Source: Vitiosangium sp. GDMCC 1.1324 (GTDB lineage Bacteria; Myxococcota; Myxococcia; Myxococcales; Myxococcaceae). From it: a stretch of 64,000 bases of DNA. The stretch covers positions 387,493-451,492 of the forward strand of contig NZ_PZOX01000005.1 of assembly GCF_003044305.1 (NCBI RefSeq). The letters are read 5' to 3'. Shown here piece by piece: positions 1-9,139 of this stretch (within the stretch, counting starts at the first letter, position 1; every line of letters begins with the position of its first letter). The position numbers and the translations under genes were made by a program. Below the pieces are notes generated by a model that saw nothing but the letters and a program-made list of their open reading frames with translations, ran no database searches and was not told the origin of the DNA.

Positions 1-378
1 CTTGTCCGGCAGCACCGTGGTGGCCGCGATGCGCGCCTTGCCCACGATCTGGGCCTCCTCGTAGGCCTTCTCGCTCCAGACGCCCGTCATCAGGTAGTCC
101 GCGCTGGCGCCCGGGGGCAGGAAGTTCATGGGCACCTGGGCGAACTGCTGCCCGGCCCCACCGGTGAGGAAGAGCACCTGGTGGGTGTCCGGGATGCCCA
201 GCAGCTCGGTGAGCAGGGAGATGGTCTCCGTGTGGACGGCGTCGTACTCCTTGCCCCGATGACTGTGCTCCATGATGGACATGCCCGAGCCCTGGAAATC
301 CAGCAGCTCGTCCCGCGCGCGCTCGAGGGCGGGCAGGGGCAGACCGGCGGGACCGGGGTTGAAGTTGATGACGCGCAT
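1..378 (-). CDS. serC: phosphoserine aminotransferase, N-terminal part (gene continues beyond window start)
   Basis: Minus-strand translation from the ATG at 378 gives [48 protein letters not shown]..., the typical SerC N-terminus. The rest of the 126..959 track ORF upstream of 378 is judged spurious. Confidence 0.8.
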   Translation of the reverse strand, partial: MRVINFNPGPAGLPLPALERARDELLDFQGSGMSIMEHSHRGKEYDAVHTETISLLTELLGIPDTHQVLFLTGGAGQQFAQVPMNFLPPGASADYLMTGVWSEKAYEEAQIVGKARIAATTVLPDK

Positions 379-503
379 GGCTGTGTCCTCAGGAAAATGA
401 ACAACCGCGTGGCCATTCTGCCGCACACTCCTCCCAGGGGAAGCAGGAAGCGTGGCGTCCGTCCACCGGGTCGCGTGTGGCCGCTGTACCCCCAGGAGGG
501 TCT

Positions 504-1088
504 ATGACTCGGGTGGGTTCCTCGCGGGAGCTGACGGAATGGGTGGTGCGGGCGGCCCGGGGAGAAACGCCTGCATTCAGCGAGCTGTACCGGCGCACCC
601 GGCCCCTGGTGGCCCGGCTGACCTCCAGTTTCGCCCCGTTGGACCCGGATGAGGTGGAAGACGTGATCCAGGAGACCTACGTGCGCGCCTTCAAGGCGCT
701 CCCCCGGCTCAAAGAGCCGGCGGCCTTCGAGGCGTGGCTCCTGTCCATTGCCCGCAACCGCGCCCGCACCCGGCTGGAGCGCAAGGGCCAGACGCGCCGG
801 ATGGACGAGGAGCTCACCGAGCCCCAGCCCGAAACGGTCTCCGTGGTGCCCGAGGCCCTCCAGCTCGAGCGAGACATCTCCGTGGTGCGCCAGCTCATCG
901 ACGAGCTGCCCGAGGGCGAGGAGAAGAAGACCGTCTACCTCTTCTATGTGGAAGGCCAACTGTCCGCCCGGGAGATCGCCGAGAAGCTCGGGGTGGGAAA
1001 GAGCGCCGTGACCATGCGCCTGGAGCGTTTCCGGGCCCGAATCAAGCAGGAGCTGCTCCGGCGCGTGCTCGCCGGACGGTGGGAGTGA
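504..1088 (+). CDS. ECF-family RNA polymerase sigma-70 factor
   Basis: Sigma-70 region 2 and 4 motifs are present (DVIQETYVRAFKALPRL; YLFYVEGQLSAREIAEKLGVGKSAVTMRLERFRARI). An AGGAGGG Shine-Dalgarno sequence lies 3 nt before the ATG at 504. Confidence 0.85.
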   Translation: MTRVGSSRELTEWVVRAARGETPAFSELYRRTRPLVARLTSSFAPLDPDEVEDVIQETYVRAFKALPRLKEPAAFEAWLLSIARNRARTRLERKGQTRRMDEELTEPQPETVSVVPEALQLERDISVVRQLIDELPEGEEKKTVYLFYVEGQLSAREIAEKLGVGKSAVTMRLERFRARIKQELLRRVLAGRWE

Positions 1089-1093
1089 GCCAC

Positions 1094-1900
1094 ATGAAAC
1101 ACCTGGATGCCGAAGCCCTGCGAGCCCTCTCGGCCCATGAGCCCGAGGCGGTGGCGTACTTCCGCGAGCACCTCGCCCACCCGTGCGAGGAGTGCATGGA
1201 CTTCCTCGCGAAGGTCCCCGGTCCCGGGCTGCTCGACGGCCAGGTGGATGCCCTCCTGCTCCAGCTCGCGCCGGCCCGGCAGGAGGAACCCAGGCTGGAC
1301 GAGGTGGGTTTTGCCCGCGTCCGCCGTGGCATGAGGGGCCCCACGCGGCCCTGGCTCAAGGTGGGGGCAGCCGTGGCCCTGGCGGCCGGCCTCGCGGGGC
1401 TCATGCTCCTCCCCCGCGCCCAGCATCCGACCGGACGGGAGACGGGTGCGTGGAATGGGGTGAAGGGCGTGGGCCGGCTCGCCCTGGAGATGTCCGTGGT
1501 GGCCCGCGAGCCAGACGGAGACCTGCGCCGGATGGATCCGGGAGCCATCGCCTCGGAAGACGATGTGCTGGTGCTGCGCTACCACGCCACCGAGGCCGGT
1601 GAGGCCCTCCTCTTCCAGCAGCGCGACGGCGCCGCTCCCGAGCTGCTCGGCCGCTTCCCCCTCGAGGCCGGGACACACGAGCTGGAAGGCCCCCAGGGCC
1701 TGGTGGGCATCAGTCTGGAGGGCGAGTCCGGGCCGCTCGCCTTGTGGTTGGTGGGTTTCCCCTCGGGGCAGGTTCCCCCACCCGACGAGGTGCGCGATGC
1801 ACTCACTCGTGGCGACATGGAGGAGAGCGCTGCCCTGGCGATCAACCGGTTCGAGCTCCAAGTTGGCGACCACGCAGGGCAGAATCCCCGCCCACGGTGA
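1094..1900 (+). CDS. anti-sigma factor (zf-HC2-like, membrane-spanning)
   Basis: Starts 6 nt after the ECF sigma stop. It has an HPCEECMDFLA zinc-finger-like motif, a central hydrophobic helix (AAVALAAGLAGLMLL) and a C-terminal periplasmic part. Confidence 0.7.
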   Translation: MKHLDAEALRALSAHEPEAVAYFREHLAHPCEECMDFLAKVPGPGLLDGQVDALLLQLAPARQEEPRLDEVGFARVRRGMRGPTRPWLKVGAAVALAAGLAGLMLLPRAQHPTGRETGAWNGVKGVGRLALEMSVVAREPDGDLRRMDPGAIASEDDVLVLRYHATEAGEALLFQQRDGAAPELLGRFPLEAGTHELEGPQGLVGISLEGESGPLALWLVGFPSGQVPPPDEVRDALTRGDMEESAALAINRFELQVGDHAGQNPRPR

Positions 1901-1914
1901 GATGCCTCGTCTTC

Positions 1915-3546
1915 ATGCTGCTGGGGGTGCTCGCGGCCTGCGCGAGCCCGGGGTCGCTCGAGAAGGGCGACAAGGGCGGACTCGTGTCCGTGAAGGTGGA
2001 TGAGACCGCGCTCTCGGAGGCCTATGCGCCCCGGAGGCTGGCCCTGCTGGTGGGCGTGTCGCAGTTCCAGGACGCGCAGTGGAGAGACCTGCGCTACTCC
2101 TCCAAGGACGCGGAGGACCTGGCCGCGGCGCTGAGGGATCCGGCGCGCGGCCACTTCGACCAGGTGCGCGTCCTCACCCGCCCCGAGGAGACGACCCGGG
2201 CCGCCATCCTCGGCGCGCTCCGCCAGTTGAAGCAGGAGGCCTCGCGGCCGGATGACGTGGTGGTGGTGTACTTCTCCGCGCACGGGACGCTGGCCCGCGA
2301 TAGCAAGGGCGAGCTCAAGCGCTACCTGGTGACCGCCGACGCCGCGTACCGCGCCATTCCCCAGACAGCGCTGTCCATGGACGTGCTGAAGGCCGAGTTC
2401 GACCAACTCCCCTCGCGCCGCCGGCTGATGGTGCTGGCCACCTGTCACAGCGGCAGTGGCAAGTCGCTGCTGCCCCGCGAGCTGGAGGCCGAGCTGGCGG
2501 GGATCAAGGCCGGCTTCTACGCGCGGCCCATCGAGGAGTCGAGCCGGGCCTCCATGGTGTTCGCCGCCTGCGACTGGGGCGAGACGGCCCGAGAGGACGA
2601 GGGACTGAAGAACGACATCTACACCCACTTCCTCATCGACGGGCTGAACGGCGCCGCGGATCGCAACATCGACGGGGCCGTCACGGCCACCGAGGCCCAT
2701 GACTACGCGCGCCGCCGCACCTACGCCTTCACCGAGGGGCGGCAGCGGCCCTCGGCGGAGATCCTGGAGGTGGGCGCGGATCCGGTGGTGCTCTCGGGCC
2801 GGATCGACCGGACGGGCCGCCCGGAGCTCTTCTCGTACAACCCCCGGCTGGACGGCTTCACGCTGAAGGTGGACGGAGAGACGCGCACGGAGCTGCCCGG
2901 AGGCGCCGCCGTGACGCCCGGCCGCCGCACCGTGGAGCTCACCAAGGGGGATGACATCCTCATCCGTGAGGTGGTGGACATCTCCGCGGGCGAGCGGCTG
3001 CCGCTGGAGCGCCTGCTGACCCAGGCCTTCCCCCACCGCTCGCTGGCGCTCATGGGCGGCATGTTCTCCTTCGTGGACGCGCGCAGCCGCAACGAGCTGC
3101 TGCCCGCCGCACCGGAGCTGGCGGTGGTGCTGCGGCTGGAGGAGCGCCCGCTGCCGGACCTGAGCCTCCTCTTCGACGTGAGCGGGAGCCGGGGCCATCG
3201 GAGCCTCCAGCTGACACCTGGCAACAGCGTGCCCTTCATCTACACCTCGCTGTCGCTGGGGGCCGCGGTGCCCTACACGTGGCGGTGGCAGCGCCTGTCG
3301 CTCTACGCGGGCCCACGTGTGGCCGCTCTGCTCCTCCAGCGGTCCTTCCAGACAGAGGCCTTTACCGGGGCACAGCAGTACTTCACCGTCAGCCCGGGCG
3401 TGGTGGGAGGTGTGGTGTGGCGGCTGAACGAGCGGCTGGAGCTGACATCGCAGCTGCAGATGATGGTGACGTACGTGGTGGTGGACGGGCGGGGGCAGGC
3501 CGTGGGTTTCACCGGCGGATGGGCCGGCATGGGGTACCGCTTCTGA
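1915..3546 (+). CDS. caspase-family (peptidase C14) lipoprotein
   Basis: Signal plus lipobox (LLGVLAAC). The caspase-like domain spans LLVGVSQFQD...VVVVYFSAHG...MVLATCHSGSG with a His/Cys dyad context. The C-terminus ends ...GMGYRF, beta-barrel-like. The start codon is uncertain. Confidence 0.7.
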   Translation: MLLGVLAACASPGSLEKGDKGGLVSVKVDETALSEAYAPRRLALLVGVSQFQDAQWRDLRYSSKDAEDLAAALRDPARGHFDQVRVLTRPEETTRAAILGALRQLKQEASRPDDVVVVYFSAHGTLARDSKGELKRYLVTADAAYRAIPQTALSMDVLKAEFDQLPSRRRLMVLATCHSGSGKSLLPRELEAELAGIKAGFYARPIEESSRASMVFAACDWGETAREDEGLKNDIYTHFLIDGLNGAADRNIDGAVTATEAHDYARRRTYAFTEGRQRPSAEILEVGADPVVLSGRIDRTGRPELFSYNPRLDGFTLKVDGETRTELPGGAAVTPGRRTVELTKGDDILIREVVDISAGERLPLERLLTQAFPHRSLALMGGMFSFVDARSRNELLPAAPELAVVLRLEERPLPDLSLLFDVSGSRGHRSLQLTPGNSVPFIYTSLSLGAAVPYTWRWQRLSLYAGPRVAALLLQRSFQTEAFTGAQQYFTVSPGVVGGVVWRLNERLELTSQLQMMVTYVVVDGRGQAVGFTGGWAGMGYRF

Positions 3547-4391
3547 TGCGCCAGATCGGCTACAGCGTGCTGATGGGACTCGCCTTCGCGGCGGGGGCGT
3601 GCGGGGGGTTCGACAACACCCCCTTCCGCACGGGGACCGTGCGCGGCCACATCACGGAGGCCGACCCGGCGGTCGCCCTCGTGTCGCTGGTGGGCAACCC
3701 GGACATCCGCGGCACCGTGAACGCGGACGGAAGCTTCCTGGTGGAGCGCGTTCCAGCCGGCCCGGGGGAGCTCTTCATCGTGGCCTCCGCGAACAAGGCG
3801 TTGCGCCTGCCGGTGGTGGTGCCCGGGGGAGGCTCGGCGCGACTGGAGGACGTCAAGCCGCGCGCCGCCGGCTTCCTGGAGCTGAAGGTGAGGGCCCCCG
3901 GACACCAGCGGGTGGGCAACGGGCAGGTGTCCGTGACGGGCACGCCCTTCCAGGGGTTGCAGCTCGAGGAGAATGGGAAACGGCAGGTGGGTCCGCTCCC
4001 TGAGGGTTGCTATACCCTGGAGACGTCCGTCCCCGGCTTCCCGGTGAAGACGACGGACGCGTGCGTGGGAGAGGACGAGCACAAGGAAGTGAAGATCGAT
4101 CTCCCCGAGCCGGACGAGGACTTCGCCAGCCGTGGTTGCAGCGTCAACGGCTGTGAGAGCGGCAGCCACTGCGCAGCGGATGGCCGGTGCCTGGAGTGCG
4201 TCTCGGATGACCAGTGCGCCCCAGGCCTTTCCTGCCAGAGCGAGCGCTGCAGGGCCCCTGGCGAGCCGTGTAAGCCCTGTGATGAGAATGAGGACGAGGG
4301 GTGCCCGTCCGACGGCCAGGGCCAGGGCTGCGAGGAGTTGCGCGAGGGCGTCTCGGCCTGCATGGCGCGGTGTGACAACCAGATCTGGTGA
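3546..4391 (+). CDS. lipoprotein with CarbopepD_reg-like domain and C-terminal Myxococcus-type cysteine-rich repeats
   Basis: Its ATG overlaps the upstream stop (TGATG). Lipobox LAFAAGAC. The C-terminus has about 20 Cys in C-x-G-x-C / C-x-D-x-x-C repeats, like the Myxococcus cysteine-rich repeat family. Confidence 0.65.
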   Translation: MRQIGYSVLMGLAFAAGACGGFDNTPFRTGTVRGHITEADPAVALVSLVGNPDIRGTVNADGSFLVERVPAGPGELFIVASANKALRLPVVVPGGGSARLEDVKPRAAGFLELKVRAPGHQRVGNGQVSVTGTPFQGLQLEENGKRQVGPLPEGCYTLETSVPGFPVKTTDACVGEDEHKEVKIDLPEPDEDFASRGCSVNGCESGSHCAADGRCLECVSDDQCAPGLSCQSERCRAPGEPCKPCDENEDEGCPSDGQGQGCEELREGVSACMARCDNQIW

Positions 4392-4720
4392 GGCCGGGTC
4401 ACTCTGCGGGTGGGCACCTTCCGTGACAGCGACGGGCACTACCGCGCTCGAGGGATGACGCAGAAACCGTGCGTCGAGGGCACCTGCACCTACCACTGCG
4501 CCACGGGCGCGGCCCGGCTGCCCGCGTGGCGAGCGACTCGGAAGTACTCACCGGGCTCCCCACGCCAGGGGTGATCCATTCGTGAGAATTCAGGAAACCT
4601 CGCGTCCTCGCCCTCCCGGCTGCGATCCCGTTTCAAGCTTGCGGTGCGGATGAAGACACGGCCGGGCAACCACATGAACCCCCAAGCCAGACGTCAGAAA
4701 TGGCGGTACGCTAGAGGCCT

Positions 4721-7171
4721 ATGTGGAAGAAAACCTGGCTACTCGGCATCCTGATGGCAGCGACCGCGCTGTCTGGCTGTTCCTCCTGCGGCGACAAGCC
4801 CGGTGGGGGCGGTAATACGGTGGATGGCGGAGATGGCGGCGGCGGCTCACAAAACGATGGAGGCGGCGGCTCTACCGACGGCGGCGGCGGCTCTACCGAC
4901 GGCGGCGGCGGCGGTTCTACCGATGGCGGCGGCGGCGGTTCTACCGATGGCGGCTCCACTGACGGAGGAGGAGGCGGCAGCCCCACGCTGGGCTCCCTGA
5001 CGATTTCTCCCACCAACCCGACCCTCGCTGTCACGGGCAGCACAGGCGTCCTCCAGGCCTTCACGGTGAGGGGGACCTTCACCGACGGGCACACGGAGGA
5101 CATGACGAGCCGGTCCAGCTTCAGCATCGACGATACGCGGCTGGGCACCTTCGGCGGAGCGAGCTTCACCTCGAGCACCACCGTCGGCGGCGCCAGCACC
5201 GTGCGTGCCCGGGTGGGCACCATGTCCGTCTCCACCCCCATCACGGTGCGGCTCGACCAGAAGGTGTCGGACACGCCTCCGGCCGGCAGCACGAGCACCA
5301 CGCCCGTGCCCGCCGATCCGGGCTCGAAGTTCGGCGGCACGGTGGACACCTCGTACAAACCGCAGATCGTCTACCCCAACAATGGCGTCCTGGTGCCGCC
5401 CAACCTCGGGCAGTTGGAGATCCACTTCCTGCCGAACAACGCCTCCACCTCGCTGTTCGAGCTCGCCTTCTCCAACAGCATCACCAACGTGCGCGTGTAC
5501 ATGCGCTGCTACCTGCCGTCGGGCTTCACCCTGCCCTCGGGAGTGAGCCGCGGTTGCATCTACACGCCCGAGGACAAGGTGTGGAAGTTCCTGGCCGAGA
5601 GCAACCGTGGCGGCCAGCCGGTGAAGGTCACCGTGCGCTCCACGGACGACTCGGGTTCTGGCACGGTGGGCGTGTCCGATCCCATCGCCATCCAGTTCGC
5701 CCGCGCCGAAATCAAGGGCGCGCTCTACTACTGGACCACCTCGGGTGGCACCGGCGTGATGCGCTACGACTTCGCCGGCGGCACGGGCACGCAGACGGCC
5801 TCGCCCGTACTGAGGGCCAGCAACATCAGCACCAGCGTGAGCTGCGTGGGCTGCCACGCGCTGAGCCGCAACGGCAAGAAGCTGGTGGCCGAGGTCAATG
5901 GCCAGAACGACGGCCGGCTCGCCCTGGTGGACCTGTCCACCTTCAAGAGCACCGACAAGATCCCCCTGTCGCAGGGTGGCGTGAAGCTGAGCAACTTCGA
6001 GTCGTGGAACCCGGACGGCACCAAGTTCGTCGGCGTCTACGCCGATAGCGGCACCTCCCGCTACTCCCTGCAGATCTTCAACGGCGACACGGCGGCCTTC
6101 GAGTCGGAGATCCCCAACAGCGGCGACTCCACCAACCCCGCCAACCACCCGGACTGGAGCCCGGATGGCCAGACGATCGCCTACATGTCCATGAGCAACA
6201 TCGGCTCGAGGACGAACCAGCGCAGCTGGATGGGCACCATCAAGATGGTGACGGCGAAGACGGGCGGCGGCTGGAACGCCCCGGTGACGGTGGTGGCTCC
6301 CGAGACCTACAAGAACCGGTACTACCCGGCCATCGCGCCCGACAACTCCTTCCTCGTCTACAACGAGTCCCTCTGCGTCACCGCCGATACGGACAAGAAC
6401 TGCAACGGCGATACGGACCCGTCCGCCCGGCTGTGGGCCGCGAAGCTGCAAGCCGGCGCCCAGCGGGTGGAGCTGGCCAAGGCCAACGAGGGCGGTGTGA
6501 TGGACAAGGGCGAGACGAAGCTGACCAACAGCTACCCGAAGTGGAGCCCCTTCGTGACGCGCGGCAACTCGGGCGACACCAGCCGGCTGATGTGGGTGAC
6601 GTTCTCCTCCTCGCGCAAGTACGGCCTGCGCGTGCCCATCACCACCGGAGGCGATGAGAACCCCAGCGGCACCCTGCTGTGGATGGCGGCGGTGGATCCC
6701 GACAAGGTGAGCGCGGGAGTGGATCCGTCCTACGCGTCCTTCGCCCTGCCCTTCCAGGACCTCAGCACCTCCAACCACATCGCCCAGTGGGCCCAGTACC
6801 TCGTGAGCAACGGGTGCTCCACGGTGGGCGAGGGGTGTAACTCGAGCGGTTCCACCTGCTGCAACGGCCTGCAGTGCGTGCAGACCAGCTACGATCCGCC
6901 CATCCCCTGCGACGTGGCCGGCGCCTGCGTGTGCCAGGCCATCCCGCAGTGCGCGCCGTCGTTCGAGAAGTGCTCGTCCGTCGCGCCCTGCTGCGACGGT
7001 CTGAGCTGCGTGGATGACTCCACCGGTGGCGCGTGCAGCGGCCCCAACTGCACCTGCAAGCCGCCGTGCTCCAACGTCAACCAGCCGTGCGGCGGCGCCT
7101 CGGCCTGCTGCGACGGTCTGCGGTGCACGGATACCTCGAGCGGCAGCGTCTGCCGGATCATCATCGAGTAG
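4721..7171 (+). CDS. large lipoprotein: Gly-rich STDGGGG repeats, Ig-like domain, TolB-like beta-propeller, C-terminal Cys-rich repeats
   Basis: Lipobox LSGCSSC. Has (GGGGSTD)n, a Big-like segment LTISPTNPTLAVTGS..., and WD40/TolB-like DWSPDGQTIAY / YPKWSP motifs. Three C-terminal CCNGLQC / CCDGLSC / CCDGLRC modules. Confidence 0.8.
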   Translation: MWKKTWLLGILMAATALSGCSSCGDKPGGGGNTVDGGDGGGGSQNDGGGGSTDGGGGSTDGGGGGSTDGGGGGSTDGGSTDGGGGGSPTLGSLTISPTNPTLAVTGSTGVLQAFTVRGTFTDGHTEDMTSRSSFSIDDTRLGTFGGASFTSSTTVGGASTVRARVGTMSVSTPITVRLDQKVSDTPPAGSTSTTPVPADPGSKFGGTVDTSYKPQIVYPNNGVLVPPNLGQLEIHFLPNNASTSLFELAFSNSITNVRVYMRCYLPSGFTLPSGVSRGCIYTPEDKVWKFLAESNRGGQPVKVTVRSTDDSGSGTVGVSDPIAIQFARAEIKGALYYWTTSGGTGVMRYDFAGGTGTQTASPVLRASNISTSVSCVGCHALSRNGKKLVAEVNGQNDGRLALVDLSTFKSTDKIPLSQGGVKLSNFESWNPDGTKFVGVYADSGTSRYSLQIFNGDTAAFESEIPNSGDSTNPANHPDWSPDGQTIAYMSMSNIGSRTNQRSWMGTIKMVTAKTGGGWNAPVTVVAPETYKNRYYPAIAPDNSFLVYNESLCVTADTDKNCNGDTDPSARLWAAKLQAGAQRVELAKANEGGVMDKGETKLTNSYPKWSPFVTRGNSGDTSRLMWVTFSSSRKYGLRVPITTGGDENPSGTLLWMAAVDPDKVSAGVDPSYASFALPFQDLSTSNHIAQWAQYLVSNGCSTVGEGCNSSGSTCCNGLQCVQTSYDPPIPCDVAGACVCQAIPQCAPSFEKCSSVAPCCDGLSCVDDSTGGACSGPNCTCKPPCSNVNQPCGGASACCDGLRCTDTSSGSVCRIIIE
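4855..4966 (+). repeat. in-frame tandem nucleotide repeat (21-24 bp units) encoding (G4-5 S T D)n
   Basis: ggcggcggcggctctaccgac occurs twice, ggcggcggcggcggttctaccgat twice, plus degenerate copies. Confidence 0.8.
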
Positions 7172-7187
7172 CCGCACCCGCCGCGGC

Positions 7188-7209
7188 GGCTCCGGTCCAC
7201 GCCGGAGCC
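7188..7209. terminator. GC hairpin between convergent genes (ggctccgg-tccacg-ccggagcc)
   Basis: 8-bp perfect stem located 17 nt after the TAG of the 4721..7171 gene. No clear U-tract. Confidence 0.35.
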
Positions 7210-7222
7210 GCCCGGTGAAGTC

Positions 7223-7942
7223 TCAAGGCGACAGGACGAGGCCGTCCGCCACGCACGACTCCACCGCGGCGCGGATGTCCGCCTCGGCCACGCTGGTCGC
7301 CTCCGCCACCTGAGGCGGCGTCAGTCCCTCCACCGCCATCTTCAACGCCAGCAGCGAACGATCGTTCGCTGACAGGTACATCGTCACCAGCCGCTCGGGG
7401 TGCCGCCACAGCAGCGCCATCTCCTGCCCCGGCTCCGGTCGCGCCCTCCGCTCCTTCGCCCGTACGTACGCGCAGAGCTGGAAGGGGTGCTCCAACACCA
7501 CCAGCGTCGGGTTCACCGTCAGCCGCTCCACCTTCTCCGGCACCGGCTCCATCGACGTGTACACGGCGAAGTCCGCCCACTCGAAGCGAGCCAGCGAGGG
7601 CAGGAAGTCCGGCAGGCCGCGCCGCTCCGCCTCGTCCGCGAGGAAGCCCGGAAAGCCCTCGCCCAGGTGGTTCATCTCGTAGGGACGCGAGGGCCTGGAC
7701 GCCTCGTAGGCCCGCCCCAGTTCCGCCCACAACGCCTCGTCCACGCACGCACGCGTCAGCGGGTAGAGCTTGTCCAGCGTGGACCTGCCGTGGTGGGCCA
7801 CCATCCGGCCGTAGAGCTCCACGCGCGAGCGCGGTGCGTCCCAGCCCGGGTGCGCCGCGTACAGCCGTTCCAGTGCGTCCGGGCCCGGGGTGAGGAAGAA
7901 CTCCGTCATCGAATCGAAGAAGCCGCGCAGCCCGGGTTTCAT
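7223..7942 (-). CDS. DUF2063 domain protein, MNIO partner subunit (BufC/MbnC-like)
   Basis: LERLYAAHPGWDAPRSRVELYGRMVAHH...PYEMNHLGEGFPGFL...LPDFLPSLARFEWADF matches the DUF2063 signature. The start ATG overlaps the DUF692 stop (ATGA). Confidence 0.8.
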   Translation of the reverse strand: MKPGLRGFFDSMTEFFLTPGPDALERLYAAHPGWDAPRSRVELYGRMVAHHGRSTLDKLYPLTRACVDEALWAELGRAYEASRPSRPYEMNHLGEGFPGFLADEAERRGLPDFLPSLARFEWADFAVYTSMEPVPEKVERLTVNPTLVVLEHPFQLCAYVRAKERRARPEPGQEMALLWRHPERLVTMYLSANDRSLLALKMAVEGLTPPQVAEATSVAEADIRAAVESCVADGLVLSP

Positions 7943-8787
7943 CGCGACTCCACCTCCGCCAGCACCGCGCGAGCCCGGTCCGCCTCGTCCAGCACGGCCT
8001 CCAACGAGGGAATGTCCTGATCCCATTCGATGAGCGTCGACACCGGCCCCGTGCGCTCCAGCACGTAGCGGTACAGCGACCACACGTCGTCGCAAACCGC
8101 CGCCCCGTGCGTGTCGATGATGACGTCCGGCAGGCGCTCGTGCCCCGCCAGGTGGATCTGCACCACCCGCTCCAGCGGCAGCGCGTCCACGAAGGCCCGC
8201 GGGTCATACCCGTGGTTCTGCGAGTTCACGTACACGTTGTTCACGTCCAGCAGCAGGCCACAGTCCGCCTGCTCCGCCACGTGCCGCAGGAAGTCCGCCT
8301 CGTGCAGGGTGCCCCCCGGCATGCGCGCGTAGTAGCTCGGGTTCTCCAGCAGGAAGGGCCGGCCCACCCGCTCCTTCACCTCGCGCACCCGCGCCACCAC
8401 GTGCTCCACCGCCTCCTCCGAGAAGGGCAGCGGCAGCAGATCATAGAGGTACGCCCCGCCCAACCGCGTGTAGCACAGGTGGTCCGAGAAGAAGGGCGCG
8501 TCCACCCGCTCCACCAACGCCTTCAGCCGCGAGAGGTAGTCCTCGTCCAGCGGCTCGGGCCCGCCGATGTTCAGCGCCACCCCATGGGGCAACACCGGCC
8601 AGCGCTCCACGCACGCATCCAGCGCGCGCTGGGGACGGCCTCCGAGCGTGAGGAAGTTCTCCGGGATGATCTCCACCCAGTCCAGCGCACGGGAGGTCTC
8701 CGGGAGCTGCGCGTAGAACTCGCGCCGCAACCCGATGCCCGCTCCGAGCGGCTTCAATCCATGTCTGCGCGCGTAGCTCACTGACAC
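7939..8787 (-). CDS. DUF692/UPF0276 multinuclear non-heme iron oxidase (MNIO; MbnB/TglH/BufB family)
   Basis: LKPLGAGIGLRREFYAQL...WVEIIPENF...HGVALNIGG...FFSDHLCYTRLGG...FLLENPSYY...VQIHLAGH...DTHGAAV are TIM-barrel DUF692 hallmarks. GTG start at 8787 with a GAGGTG SD 5 nt upstream. Confidence 0.85.
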   Translation of the reverse strand: MSVSYARRHGLKPLGAGIGLRREFYAQLPETSRALDWVEIIPENFLTLGGRPQRALDACVERWPVLPHGVALNIGGPEPLDEDYLSRLKALVERVDAPFFSDHLCYTRLGGAYLYDLLPLPFSEEAVEHVVARVREVKERVGRPFLLENPSYYARMPGGTLHEADFLRHVAEQADCGLLLDVNNVYVNSQNHGYDPRAFVDALPLERVVQIHLAGHERLPDVIIDTHGAAVCDDVWSLYRYVLERTGPVSTLIEWDQDIPSLEAVLDEADRARAVLAEVESR

Positions 8788-8873
8788 GTCGGCACCTCGG
8801 GAAAAGACACGGGCGGCGGGAAGAGGCTCCCCACCGCCCGAAAGAGAACCCCGGGGATTCCGGGGGCTATCCC

Positions 8874-9128
8874 TTACTGCGGCTTGGCGGCGCCACAGCC
8901 GTCCTTGCCACAGCCGTGCTCGCTGCCCTTCTCGGAGGTGGAGGCGGCCTTGCCGCTGCACTTGGCCTCGCCGCCCTTCTCCTGGGTGGCCTCGGCGCCA
9001 CCCTTGCAGGACGCCTCGGTGCCCTTCGCCTCGGAGGTGGCGGCCGCGGGCTTCGCGGTCGCACAGCCGGTGGCCAGAGAGCCGAGGGACAGGGTACCGA
9101 CGATGGCTGCCATGGTCTTGACGTTCAT
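8874..9128 (-). CDS. small secreted Cys-containing peptide, candidate MNIO (bufferin-like) RiPP precursor
   Basis: 84 aa: MNVKTMAAIVGTLSLGSLATGCATAKPAAATSEAKGTEASCKGGAEATQEKGGEAKCSGKAASTSEKGSEHGCGKDGCGAAKPQ. Sec/lipoprotein-type signal (LATGC), then a K/E/G/A/S-rich core with three repeats carrying Cys (EASCKGG, EAKCSGK, EHGCGKDGCG). An AGGAAA SD lies 4 nt before the ATG. It sits immediately upstream of, and co-directional with, the MNIO. Confidence 0.6.
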   Translation of the reverse strand: MNVKTMAAIVGTLSLGSLATGCATAKPAAATSEAKGTEASCKGGAEATQEKGGEAKCSGKAASTSEKGSEHGCGKDGCGAAKPQ

Positions 9129-9139
9129 GGTGTTTCCTT

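Noticed and set aside
126-959. 277-aa minus ORF extending serC upstream to 959
   Set aside because: The SerC N-terminus ([12 protein letters not shown]...) starts at 378. The extension overlaps the well-supported ECF sigma factor gene on the + strand.
1579-3198. 539-aa minus-strand ORF
   Set aside because: Antisense to the caspase-family gene. No recognisable motifs.
4446-4562. 38-codon Cys-containing ORF (MTQKPCVEGTCTYHCATG...) in the intergenic region
   Set aside because: The only SD-like sequence abuts the ATG with no spacer, and there is no signal peptide or partner enzyme nearby. Considered chance.
4855-4966. Tandem direct repeats considered as a possible CRISPR or minisatellite
   Set aside because: The units are contiguous without spacers and lie in frame inside a CDS encoding (GGGGSTD)n. 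They are a coding tandem repeat, not a CRISPR array.
4847-7177. 776-aa minus-strand ORF
   Set aside because: Antisense to the large lipoprotein gene, which has coherent signal peptide, repeats and domains. Translation is Ala/Arg/Gly low complexity.
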